A stretch of 63,068 nucleotides of DNA, counting the filler, from Intoshia linei (taxonomy: Eukaryota; Animalia; Orthonectida): assembly GCA_001642005.1 (NCBI GenBank). It is 3 parts of 3 records of this genome, joined end to end, with 100 filler letters (N's around TTAATTAATTAA, not from the genome) between each part and the next. Parts side by side here need not be neighbours in the genome. Positions count along the whole stretch, not along the records: positions 31,971 to 59,008 come from LWCA01000449.1; positions 59,109 to 63,068 come from LWCA01002003.1; 1 more part is not named here. One strand, given 5' to 3'. Position 1 is the stretch's first letter. Each line of letters begins with the position of its first letter. Positions 49,301-60,674 of this stretch are shown one piece after another. Under the pieces are notes generated by a model. It ran no database searches. It had not been told where the DNA came from and saw nothing but the letters and a program-made list of their open reading frames with translations. Both the position numbers and the translations under genes were made by a program.

Positions 49301-51922
49301 CAATTTCATTATTCTCACACTCTTTCAATTCTTCATAAAAGTTGCAAAAATGTTGATAATTCATCAGTTGGCAAATTTAATCTTTACACTATTTCACTTG
49401 CTACGATTTTATACCTGATGCCAAGAATTCCGTATATTGCCACAGATTTTAAAAATACTTGGAAATAGTATTGGATAAGGTGGTACCACTACCATTTTAT
49501 AGGGTTGTTGTGCTTAGTCGTGGCCAATTTTTTGTATGTATCTATTTTTACATTAAGCTCTAATATTTGTGGAATCATTTCCACTTTTTCCATTTTATAA
49601 GTTTCAGATACTTCTGCGATAACTTTACAAAATTCTTTTCGTGACAGATCAAGTTGTTTGTATTTAAATTTCAGTAAAATGAAAATGAATAATAATATAT
49701 TATAATTATTGTGTAAATAGTTCTGATATTATTCAAAAACAAAAGAGTATGTCACAGATGAGATAAAACATTTCATAAGCCAATAAAATAAAAAATACAC
49801 GTTTGATCATTACATGATAATTAAAGCGTATAATATGATACAAATGATTTATGTCATACGACTGAATTTAAACATCAAATCAAATTATCAATACGTTTGT
49901 TTCTTGTTGGTCATGTAACGTATATATTAATGACTTTGTCGTTATTTTTTTTTAATGATATCAGTTTTTGTATTCAATTTTTAATATGACTATTTGATTT
50001 TCTATTAATTTCCATACCTGTCAATATGGATTTATCATATAATTCTCATCAAAATCGTATTTTTATCTGTTACTCCACAATAAAAACGATGTCCCAAATG
50101 CAGATTCGTGGGTCAATATAGGTCCATGTCATATAATTTCCGGGTTAAATCAATCTTTAAAAATGGTATTAGAAATTAAACTTGTTTAAATTTAAATTCT
50201 AACACACTTATTTTTAAGTTAATAATATAGTAGGAATAAAAAAAGTAACATAAAACAGTAGTATTAATTTATTTTATTTGGTACGCGAAAAATTTAATGT
50301 CAAATTATCGTTGCGTGGTAAACAATACCAAACCCTGTGGTAAGGAACGATTCAATACATTCGTTTTCGTTTAATTAATTATTACATTTAATTAATTCTT
50401 GGACTCAGTTTATTATAAAAAAAATAATAATTTGATTTTTGACCCTAAAGGACTCAATTTCTGAAATTGACATTTGCGATAAAACATCACCCATTAAAAA
50501 CTGTATTAAAAATTGGGCTTGTCTAAATTTAAAGTCTAACACTGTCAATTTTTAATTATACGGTAATGCACACATTTTTATAAAAGTACCGGATTACCGT
50601 GTAATTGGTAAAATTTATTTAATAAAAATTAATGTGTACGTCATTGATTAGCAGAAATCAAAAATTTAGCACATATTAACATATACAACATGTCATTTTA
50701 TATGCAACATTTGATATATTATTTGTTTAATTGTAACGGTTAATATAATTAATATTGTGAGAATAAAATTAACTTCTGAAAAAATTTAATATAATTATTT
50801 TGGAAAACCGCCACAATATAAATGTTATGAATTAAATATTTTCTTATATTTGGACTATTATAACATCAATTCAAAACTTAAGTTTCTTTTTAAATATAAC
50901 TATAAATATATATTTAAACCATCATTATGTATTTCTAATAATGTGAAATATATATCCGCCAAGTTATTATTATTTAATACTAGATTGGATTGTTTTTATT
51001 TTATTTTTAATATTATACACAAATTCTATCTAATATATTAAAAAATAGGATAACGATTTTTTTTTAATTCTTTACACAAATGTTAACAAAACTAAAAATT
51101 AAGATGGAATAATTCTCTTTAAAGTAAAAAGTAATGTGATATTATCGTTCCACCTGAAACAAATTTGGAAACCACTCCTTTAAAGGATTGATAATAGTGA
51201 ATAGTAGGATTTTTAAGTTAGATTTTCAACGTGAATTTATTTTTTTGGTAGAATAAAAATGCGCCAACGGCACACCTAGGTGCTATTTGTACGCAGTACA
51301 TAATAGCAAACCTCGTGTCATATAAAAGTCTAGTACATTTTTAATTTTTAAAAAAAACGGTAATTTGTGGTTTTGGATGTGAAGATACAGTGCTCTGTAC
51401 TGAGATACGAGCTATTGTGCATCCACATACGGGTAATTATTTTAAATAAATTTTTTTTATAACTTAATTATCAACAATTACATGTTAACAAAAAATTCTA
51501 TGAAACGCCACTTAAAATTTGGTTCAAAAAAATTTCTAAAAAAACCCCTTTTAAAGTTTAATAAAAAATAATCATATAATTAATAATAATTTTTCGTTAG
51601 TAAACTGCTGTATCAAACCCAAAAAATTGATCTTTAGGGCAATTTTTTTTTCAGTAGGGCCTAGCATAAAATAGGTTGGTAAACACTGCTCTAGTCCTTA
51701 CTATCAAAATGATTAATTTTAGGTGCAACAAATCATTTAACAAGTTTTTTACAAAAAGTTAAATTATAATGAAGTGACAATCACAGAATATATTTGTCAT
51801 TGGCAATAATCCATACATCACATCTATTTTAAAATATGAATTGTGTTTGAGTCTCCACAACAATTGCCTGAAATCAAAGATTACTTGGAATTTACAAAAT
51901 TCATGTCTGATTCCATTTTGAA

Positions 51923-54367
51923 ATGTTCATTTTAATTATTTTAATCATATTTATCGAGTTTATCAATGGTCAACTGATTTACGTGAATCCAACTGTTTTA
52001 ATCAAAGATATCGGAGAGAATGCTCTATTTACTTGTGGGATTGAAAATGAGACATCATTTGGTGTGGTTAAACGAGAATTACAATGGATAGACACTCGAT
52101 TAAAAGAAATTTTATCAACTTATCAGCGTGTCTACACCATGAAAAACATTGAACTAAACACGAATACTTTGTCACTTTTCTTTGAAGACATCAGAGCGAC
52201 AGATAGCGGAAAATATACATGCATGTATTGGAATGGGAATGATAAAATTGAAAAAAGTGTACAATTGAAAATATCTCGTAAAATTCGTTTTAACGATGTA
52301 GAATTGATACAAAACATTGTATTGCATAAAAGTAATTTGGTTAAATGTAGTGTTGAAGGAGATAAATCTCCTATTGTCAGTTGGCGAATAAATAACACTT
52401 TGATTGATAAAAATGATAATGATTATGTTATTGATCTACAAGGCTTAATTGTAAAAAATACCCAAAAATATCATAATGGAATCTATCAATGTCGAGCAGT
52501 TTTAAGTGATTTATCAAATTATGATTACAAGAATATTAAAGTAAATGTAATTTGGCCACCATTTTTCAAAATAAAATTGAGAAAAGAAATTTTGGTTCCA
52601 GAATACCAAAAAAAGTCTATAAAATGTGAAGCTGAAGGTGGGAACCCTCCACCGACTTATAAATTTCTTAGAAATGGCGTTCCAATAACAGAAATGTACC
52701 AAATCATGACTTCTGATACATTGAATGGTCTATTGAAAATTGAACATGCTCGATTAGAATTGACAGATACTTATGAATGCGAAGCGTCAAATTTAGCAGG
52801 TGTAGCTATTCAAACGATACCTATTACAATTGGAATGATTCCGAGACCTAGAAGGATAGTAAACGCGACCGATTACATTGGCTCGACAATACACATTACT
52901 TGTCAAGTAAGATCCAATCCAGAACCCATAATGTTCATTGAAAAATGGCCATTGCACGATTCTGTTAAATGGCTAGAAGACGATCGGTACCCAGCTAAAG
53001 AAGCGACATATTATGACACAATTATGGAATATATGCATAATAAAAACATTGAAGACTACAAGAACCCAATTTTAAAGAACCAAAATACTTTATTGGTAGA
53101 TAATAGAATTTCCGTGAAAGTTTTTAATTACAGCCTAACTCTCACAATCAATAACATCCAAATTACGGACCAAGCAAACTATTCATGTATAGCTGTCAAT
53201 GCAGCCGGATTGATGAGAGCTAATGTAAGTTTAAATGTATTACATGAACCTATTTTCAATTTAAACGCTTCAACCAAGAAAATTTACATCTGGTCAGGCT
53301 ATACGCGCAATCTTAGTTGTATTTTTTCTGCAAACCCGGAAGGAAAAGTTGAATGGTATAGGTATGGAGTTAAATTATACCACGATGATATTTATTTGCC
53401 GACGCGCCATCGTTTTTTTCAAAACCACTGGTATTTACAAATATATGCCAAACATCGTCATGATGTAATTGGCAGAAATGATGTTTTTGGAACATATACC
53501 TGTCGAGCATTCAATAAAATTGGAACAAAGGAAATACAAATGAAAGTTATCAAAGGCTTAATTCCCAAAACTCCGATAGGCGTCTTAATCAAACACATTA
53601 CCCCTACTTCTGCAGTGGTTGAATTTAGGAATATTAATGAAACATTAGATAGACCCAAGAATTTGCATTATCATATTCGTTATGCTAATAAAATTGTTCA
53701 AGTTGAAAATACACACAAAAACACACATGGGGTTGTTTTAAATAAATTAAATCCAAACAGCGATTACAAATTACAAATCTACGCAGTAAATGAAGTTGGA
53801 AATGGTCCAACCTTGATTTCCACATTTAGAACCAAAAATTTTCAAATACCGTCAAATCCCAAAATTACGAAATTAATTACATTTAGTTTCATTAATGAAG
53901 TGACTTTATTTTTAAAAACTCCTGAAACAGGCGGGAAAAAAATTGTACTCTACGAAATTATTTTTAGAAAACTAATGGATAATTTTAATATGTATTCATT
54001 TAATATATCAATTGAGTCTAATATTAAAAGTTTAGACTCTAAAACCTTTTCAGATTGGGTTTTGTTGAGGTTTGAAGAAGATGTTTCCATGTCGAGTCGG
54101 TTTATTGTTGTAACTGGTTTAGATGATAATTCTTTGTATGAGGTTGTTGTGTATGCCAAAAATTCAATTGGATATTCTGAACCAACATGTTGTTTGGTGG
54201 GAACCAATATAGAAGCATTTATTTATACTTTAAACAGTTGTATTTATCAAGAAAAAACATATACCCTTAAAAATAATGTTTTTTATTCTACCTACCAACT
54301 CAATAATTCCATTCAGGCTAGTATATCTATCCACGTGTCCTTGTTTTTTTTTTTCATTTTTGTTTGA
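51923..54367 (+). CDS. NCAM/Fasciclin II-like adhesion molecule (5 Ig + 2 FN3, probable GPI anchor)
   Basis: Signal peptide; five Ig domains (DSGKYTC, NGIYQC, TDTYEC, DQANYSC, FGTYTC); two FN3 (YAVNEVG.G, YAKNSIG.S); hydrophobic C-terminus; single exon. Confidence 0.9.
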   Translation: MFILIILIIFIEFINGQLIYVNPTVLIKDIGENALFTCGIENETSFGVVKRELQWIDTRLKEILSTYQRVYTMKNIELNTNTLSLFFEDIRATDSGKYTCMYWNGNDKIEKSVQLKISRKIRFNDVELIQNIVLHKSNLVKCSVEGDKSPIVSWRINNTLIDKNDNDYVIDLQGLIVKNTQKYHNGIYQCRAVLSDLSNYDYKNIKVNVIWPPFFKIKLRKEILVPEYQKKSIKCEAEGGNPPPTYKFLRNGVPITEMYQIMTSDTLNGLLKIEHARLELTDTYECEASNLAGVAIQTIPITIGMIPRPRRIVNATDYIGSTIHITCQVRSNPEPIMFIEKWPLHDSVKWLEDDRYPAKEATYYDTIMEYMHNKNIEDYKNPILKNQNTLLVDNRISVKVFNYSLTLTINNIQITDQANYSCIAVNAAGLMRANVSLNVLHEPIFNLNASTKKIYIWSGYTRNLSCIFSANPEGKVEWYRYGVKLYHDDIYLPTRHRFFQNHWYLQIYAKHRHDVIGRNDVFGTYTCRAFNKIGTKEIQMKVIKGLIPKTPIGVLIKHITPTSAVVEFRNINETLDRPKNLHYHIRYANKIVQVENTHKNTHGVVLNKLNPNSDYKLQIYAVNEVGNGPTLISTFRTKNFQIPSNPKITKLITFSFINEVTLFLKTPETGGKKIVLYEIIFRKLMDNFNMYSFNISIESNIKSLDSKTFSDWVLLRFEEDVSMSSRFIVVTGLDDNSLYEVVVYAKNSIGYSEPTCCLVGTNIEAFIYTLNSCIYQEKTYTLKNNVFYSTYQLNNSIQASISIHVSLFFFFIFV

Positions 54368-54994
54368 AAGGGCATTGATTCTAATCTACATGTAAATATA
54401 CATTAACTTTTTCAAAGTTGAAATGAAGGTTATCAATATTTGAAAAAAAGAGATTCAAATGTATCAATCATATCAAAATAAATATTTTAAATGTCAATTA
54501 GTTATTATACTGAACACATTACTGATTTCAATTTAATTAAAGTTAAAAATATTAAAACTCCTTTAACATTTAATTCATGTTTCATTATCAATAATAAATA
54601 CTGTAGTAAACAAATTAAACTGTTTTAGTTATTTTGTTATTAAACGTTTCAAATTAGCAGTTTAAATTAAAATAGCCTTGCACTGCATTGTAAAAATATT
54701 AAATTACGCCATGCATAGTCAATCTGTACAACCGCTAAAAGTTAGGGTTGCACTAGGTCGTTATAAGTATCGACAAGTCGTTTTGTAGATTTGGAGTTAA
54801 ATGCAAAATTATGTTACACTTGATTTACGAAATTTTTCTGGTTAAAATTGACCAGGGACAACTGTAAATTATAGTTATTTGTTTTTGTTGATCATTTACG
54901 GCAAAAAAACTGTTTTTCTATGAATCAAATGCAGTCAACAACAACAATAAAAAAGTATACACAAAAAAATATTTTAATTTCATATTAATTTTTA

Positions 54995-56126
54995 TTATGA
55001 TCTCCCAAAGTGAGCCATGTGACCCAAAGGGGTTCCTGAAAAATCAAAGGGCATCAAAAAATTTTATATGTATATTTTTTAACGTACATAATAGGTGCAT
55101 TTATTACTTAAAATTGATTATGAATTTAGTGAATATTAAAAATGTATAGTTAAACATTTAATATCAAATATCTATGATGAATTTAAAAATAAGTCAATGG
55201 ACTATTTTATTACTAATAAAATCGTCAAATATTCTTGATAAAGGACTTATTGCAAGTTATAGGGTTGCACATGTTATTGCTAAAAATGCTAATGCTAACC
55301 ACACAGCTACAGAAAAAATAATTTACCTTCCTAAAAATTAATTCTAGATATTTTCCATAAGAATGTATCAAATAACTCCACTCAACGAAGAATAGATGAA
55401 CATTTTTTTCAGAAATGTTAGAAACTTACACATAAGGATCCTTATTTTTGATAAGTTTGTTGATTACCTTCAGGGCAAATCCAAGAGGCTAGTTAATGGG
55501 GTGCGAGCGAAGCGAGCAATATAATTAACTTCGCCGAATTCGAAAAAAATTTTAGGGGCGTCTCTTTTAATTTGATTTAAAGGTTGTTATACAATACTTT
55601 CCAAATTTGTATTTTAAAAAAATTTAAAATATTTTTTGTGCAACTGCACCTTTTGCACCCCTTGAATCCGCCTCTGAAAATATCCTTGAAAAATAAACTA
55701 TTCTCATTGAAAATTTAACTGATGGATGGCTTCGATGACAGGAAAATGTAAGGGTTGTACTAATTAATTAAAGCAAAAGATACCACATTTAAAGACTCAT
55801 TTACAATAAGTTATAATTGATTTACAAAATAATGAGGGTGCAAAATCTGCATATCGTTTCAGTTACTGTAAAATTTCTGATGTATAGTTGTGTTCATGTA
55901 ATCAAAATAATTATAAAATTATTTAAGCACATTCAAGCGCAAGGTTCCCATTGATATTTTTTTAACAAATAATTAATTTTGTTTCTATTTAATTTTTTCT
56001 ATCTTGCGTCAATTATAAATTCATGGATTATATAGAATAATCGAAAAAATTTAAAATTGCTAAAATTCATAACTATTTGTAAAAAATTATAATGGGACCA
56101 TAGATTCGAAAAGGTTGAGAAAGCTT
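54995..56126 (+). mobile_element. Decayed Buster/Charlie hAT element
   Basis: ASYRVAHVIAK..HTATEKII and TDG..SMTGK.KG remnants; right end AAAAGGTTGAGAAAGCTTG. Confidence 0.6.
55471..55676. mobile_element. hAT MITE nested in the Buster relic; shares about 130 bp with 7253-7375
   Basis: CAGGGCAAATCCAAG ... CTTGAATCCGCCTCTG termini. Confidence 0.75.
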
Positions 56127-56216
56127 GATTTATATAACGGTCATTTGTCCATAAATAGCTGTTTATGTCAAAATATATGTGAAAATTTGATTAAAACTGA
56201 AAAAACGTATTATTAG

Positions 56217-56797
56217 TAGGACAAGTGTTAATTGTACTAAAAAAAATTAAAACTAGAATATTAATTTAATTTACTGACTTGATAGCCTTTAAAAAAATTG
56301 ATGATAATCTCAAAAAAGTGCTTTTTCACGACCAAAACCCATATTGCCCTTTTTCTAAAAAATGAAAATAGTCGTATAATTTTAATAACATTACAGCTGA
56401 TACAGTTATATCCAGTGAACACACACAAAAATTTTTAATCTGACAAAGTGATGCCTTCACATTTAAAAAGTCACATTATTATCCATTTTTGCATTTCGAA
56501 ACTATTTTATTTTTTTATTTAAAAATTTTTTTAATAATTAAAAAGGTACTACAATTAAAAAAAATTACTCTGATACAGCTTATTCCAGTTAATATAAATA
56601 AACATTTCAACCTCAGAAATCTACGCATTCCCGGTGTAAAATAATTTTTAATATATTATTAACCAATATTTTTTTAATTTTTATGTATTTCACAAGTGCT
56701 TAATTTATTAATAAGCATAATATTGGAATTATAATGATTGTAATTTTCTGATAATTAACATATCAAAATTAGCATTTATATCATTTTACTTGCTCTA
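56217..56797. mobile_element. hAT-type MITE (TAGGGCAAGT family), copy 2
   Basis: Perfect 8-bp TSD ATTATTAG; homologous to 6713-7142. Confidence 0.88.
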
Positions 56798-57436
56798 ATT
56801 ATTAGTTTTAGATACATTAATATGCGATTTAAATATACAAAAAAAGTCGCGCAAGGTACATTTATACAATTTTTTTAACTTTACAAAGGTTTACATTTAG
56901 CTTAGCGAGTTTGCAACATTACGATATAGTGAATACCTATTGTAAGTTCCGCCAAGTTAATTGTATATATACTATGTATAATACTGTTTAATTGTTACAT
57001 GTCACAGTATAAAATATTGTTAAAAGCACTAACACATAGGTTAAATTTAGTCTCGTTTGCAATTGATAAATAAGCTGTGGAATTTTGAATAAAATTCACA
57101 AGTCTGGATACTTTGAGCATAAAAGAAACACGAGATTAGTTGCAGCATGTTGGAAACAATGTGAAAACATTGATACATATGAATGAATAGTTACATACTT
57201 GTGTTGACTTGCATTAATTAATAACAAAATTGATAATTTTAATCGGATAGTGACTATCGCATAAAAATAAATTGTGACGGTATTTGGAAAATAAAATATT
57301 CTTACCATCATATTATAGCATCTCGAGCAACCTTGGATTTGAGTATTTACTTTATTGTTAATATTGAATCAACATTTTTTTATCAATATTTATTCTATTG
57401 GAATATTTTTCAGACAAGCCACGATAAAGATATAAC

Positions 57437-58174
57437 ATGTCAACTACAAATTCCAACGATCAAGAAGAAAAAGATTGGGATTTTAACGAGTATACAGATC
57501 AAAAATGGAAAGAACAGCAAAGAAAAGTTTTTATAACTACGTTAGTGTATAATAATTTTGTAGACATTTACGAATTGGATAAATTCGCATCTTCGAAAAT
57601 GCAGTACGCAAATTGAAGATATTTTTGACGAGTTAAAAGACGGAAGAAAGTTAATAAAGCTATTGGAAATGCTTTCCAAAGATAAAATACCTACGCCCGA
57701 TAAGGGGAAAATGAGATTACACATGATTGCTAATGTCAATAAAGCTCTACGATTTATAGCCAGTAAGGGTGTTAAATTGGTATCTATTGGAGCTGAAGGT
57801 AATGGGTTTTTAGCTTATCTAATTCCATCTAGAAATTGTGGATGGTAACCACAAATTAACCTTAGGAATGATATGGACGGTCATTTTACGGTTTGCTATA
57901 GAAGATATCACAGTTGGAGGTTTTTAATAGTATTTCTTTTACGACTTAATTAGACGTCACCGCAAAGGCAGGACTGTTACTGTGGTGCCAACGACGTGCT
58001 GAACCATATAAAAACGTTAAGATAAACAATTTTACCACCAGGTTGATTTTTATATTTATTATTTATTTTTCAATTTTATTTTCATTTTACATTAGCTTTA
58101 AAGATGGTATGGCTTTTCTCGCTTTACTACATTCTCAAGATAAATCTAAATTTGAATATGAAAAATACAAAAAG
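57437..58174 (+). CDS. ACTN: Alpha-actinin, N-terminal actin-binding domain only (remainder not in the assembled sequence)
   Basis: [82 protein letters not shown]. Confidence 0.9.
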
Positions 58175-59008
58175 GTAACAAAATGATAACTTTTTGTTCA
58201 TAGATATTTTACATTATTGTTAATATATTGAGTGAACGTTTAATGATAATTTATTAAAATTTATTATAATTCAATTTAAGGTTTACACGTTTGTATACGT
58301 GTAATCTAGTTACCTTGTATAGTATTAACGTTCACTTTAATTTGGTGTATCTTTTAACCTTAGTGTGTACTAAAGTTAAAATTTCTTCTCCTATTTATCC
58401 TATTCTGACAAATTGTATAACTTGATTTTTATTTATTAATCAATATAAGGTACGTTAAAATTTTTACACTGAATATATTTATGGGGTTGACGAGTGTTTT
58501 AAAATTATAAATAACTTAAAAACACTTAAATCTCATTAACCATTTCACATAGTATTGATTATGTCAATAAATGATATGTTGTTTGATGTCAGTGTTAATT
58601 TTTCTAAATATTGTCATTTTATATAACCATATTTCTTAATTATTCACACCACTTCTGTGTCAATATAAATGATTTTATAAGGAAATTTTGGATATTGTTG
58701 ATGCTAGTTCAACAAAACTATAATTTTTCTTCTAAAAGGTTGTATTTTCTTTCTAATAAACTTGAACTCACAAATATTTACATTTTTTTATAAGACATTG
58801 ATCGAAGTTACAATATACAACTATTTCCATTCTACACATTGATTATAATCGTATTTATGATTGTCATTTTATATCTCGCCCTCCATGATATGATATACGT
58901 TTTTTTGATTGGAAAAAAGTGTCTTATAATTTCAATTTATCTTAACTTACAAAGAGGACCTAGCTCTGCCGAGGGCACATTTTTATTATACTTAAAAAAT
59001 AAATTCAC

Positions 59009-59108
59009 NNNNNNNNNNNNNNNNNNNNNNNNNNNNNNNNNNNNNNNNNNNNTTAATTAATTAANNNNNNNNNNNNNNNNNNNNNNNNNNNNNNNNNNNN
59101 NNNNNNNN
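59009..59108. other. Assembly gap with artificial TTAATTAATTAA linker
   Basis: Same structure as the gap at 31871-31970. Confidence 0.95.
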
Positions 59109-59859
59109 TGGACGGTCCTGATGGATTCCAGTTTTATTGGCATGATCTACGAAAGGAAAAAAGTCTACTCTACGCGGCAAAGTGGAGGTGGATCGGTAAT
59201 GGTCTGGGGGGCATTTTCACAGGAAGGCAAATCCAAATTAGCGATTCTGAATGGAAATCAAAATTCTGAGGATTATATTTTTACCTCATCTGAATTTCTA
59301 CTTCCATTATGGTACAAATTACATTTTTAACAAGATAATGCTCCAATCCACACTTTTGGTAAAGTCAAAACATGGTTTAAAGAACATTCTGTTAATGTAA
59401 TGAACTGGCCATCGAAGTCTCCTGACCTTAACCCAATAGAAAACTTATGGGGAATTTTGGCAAGGTCCGTATACAAAAATGGCAGGCAATTTAAAAATAA
59501 GGATTAGCTGACGCAGATAATACTAACAGAATGGGAAAATATCCATAAAGATGTTATTGAAAAGTTAGTATTGACAATGCATGATAGATGCCTTGAAGTT
59601 GTGGTCAATAAAGGAGAAAAGACACATTATTAAATTGTAAATACATTATTTTAATTTGAGGTGTCCTATGTTTATTGCGCGGCTAATTAGCCATTTCTGT
59701 GATAAATTTTCATATAAACGTGGCAGAAGAAAAATAATGATATCAACAAGCGTACTTTTTAATTCCTTTTTTAATAGAAATGAAATATTCATGAAAATTA
59801 ATGTTAATAGACCAAAAATTAATATAAATTGGGGTGTCCTATGTTTATTGCGCGCACTG
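59109..59859 (+). mobile_element. Tc1/Tc3-like DD34E transposon, 3' half with IR-DR right end
   Basis: [37 protein letters not shown] (34-residue spacing). Direct repeat GGTGTCCTATGTTTATTGCGCG occurs twice; element ends CACTG|TA; in-frame stops present. Confidence 0.92.
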
Positions 59860-60306
59860 TATATGCACTTGTCTCGTAAGGGTAAAATTTATAGCTTTAA
59901 ATTTTGGATTTATAATCTCGCTGAGACAAATTTTTATTGTTTTCATGAAACTCCAAAATATTTATTATTTCTTGTAGTTCTTCATATTCTTGTGAGTCGA
60001 TTTTTTAATTAAATTTTTTAATTTTAGTGGTGATTCATGAAATTTATAATATAATCGATAAGTTACTTAAATTTACACATTTAGATATTTAGTTACCTAT
60101 ATTGATAATTGTAAATAACAAAATAAATGGTGCATGTATGAGTGATATAAAGTACTCAAATTTAATTTGTGGTATTATTAAAAATTAGATTATTATTTTA
60201 ACTTAAAATATTGATATAAAAATGACATCATAGTAATTTGTATATAACTTATCACAAATTTACCGTTTATTATTGAAAGGGTTCCTTATACTCGAGTATG
60301 AATTTA

Positions 60307-60494
60307 CAATCAATTCTGTTCTATATGAACAACCTAGAATATGAACACGACAATGTTGTTTGAAAAAACATTGATTGGACATTTCAAAACTTTTATTATA
60401 TTATTATCGCCATTCATATATGTTACTATTACAGTATAGTATGAACATGATCAAAACCTAGTCCCTTCATGTTCATATTGAACAGAATTAACTG
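60307..60494. mobile_element. Tigger-type MITE
   Basis: TA|CAATCAATTCTGTTCTATATGAACA ... TGTTCATATTGAACAGAATTAACTG|TA. Confidence 0.8.
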
Positions 60495-60674
60495 TATAAG
60501 TTTTCATTTATTTTCTTATCTCCAATGCTTAATCATTGAATAAAATTTCATGCCAATTAATGGTACTTGAATGTTTATTACGAATCGTAAAATAAAATGA
60601 TAAAAAACAAATAATAAATTATAATTTAACACGATTCAAAGACGAGTAAAATAAAATAAGAAATCAAGTTTTTT

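Noticed and set aside
51270-51430. Hairpins and an AATTTGTGG Sm-like site suggesting an snRNA or SL RNA
   Set aside because: No snRNA hallmark sequence. The core is repeated near 19971, so it is more likely a TE fragment.
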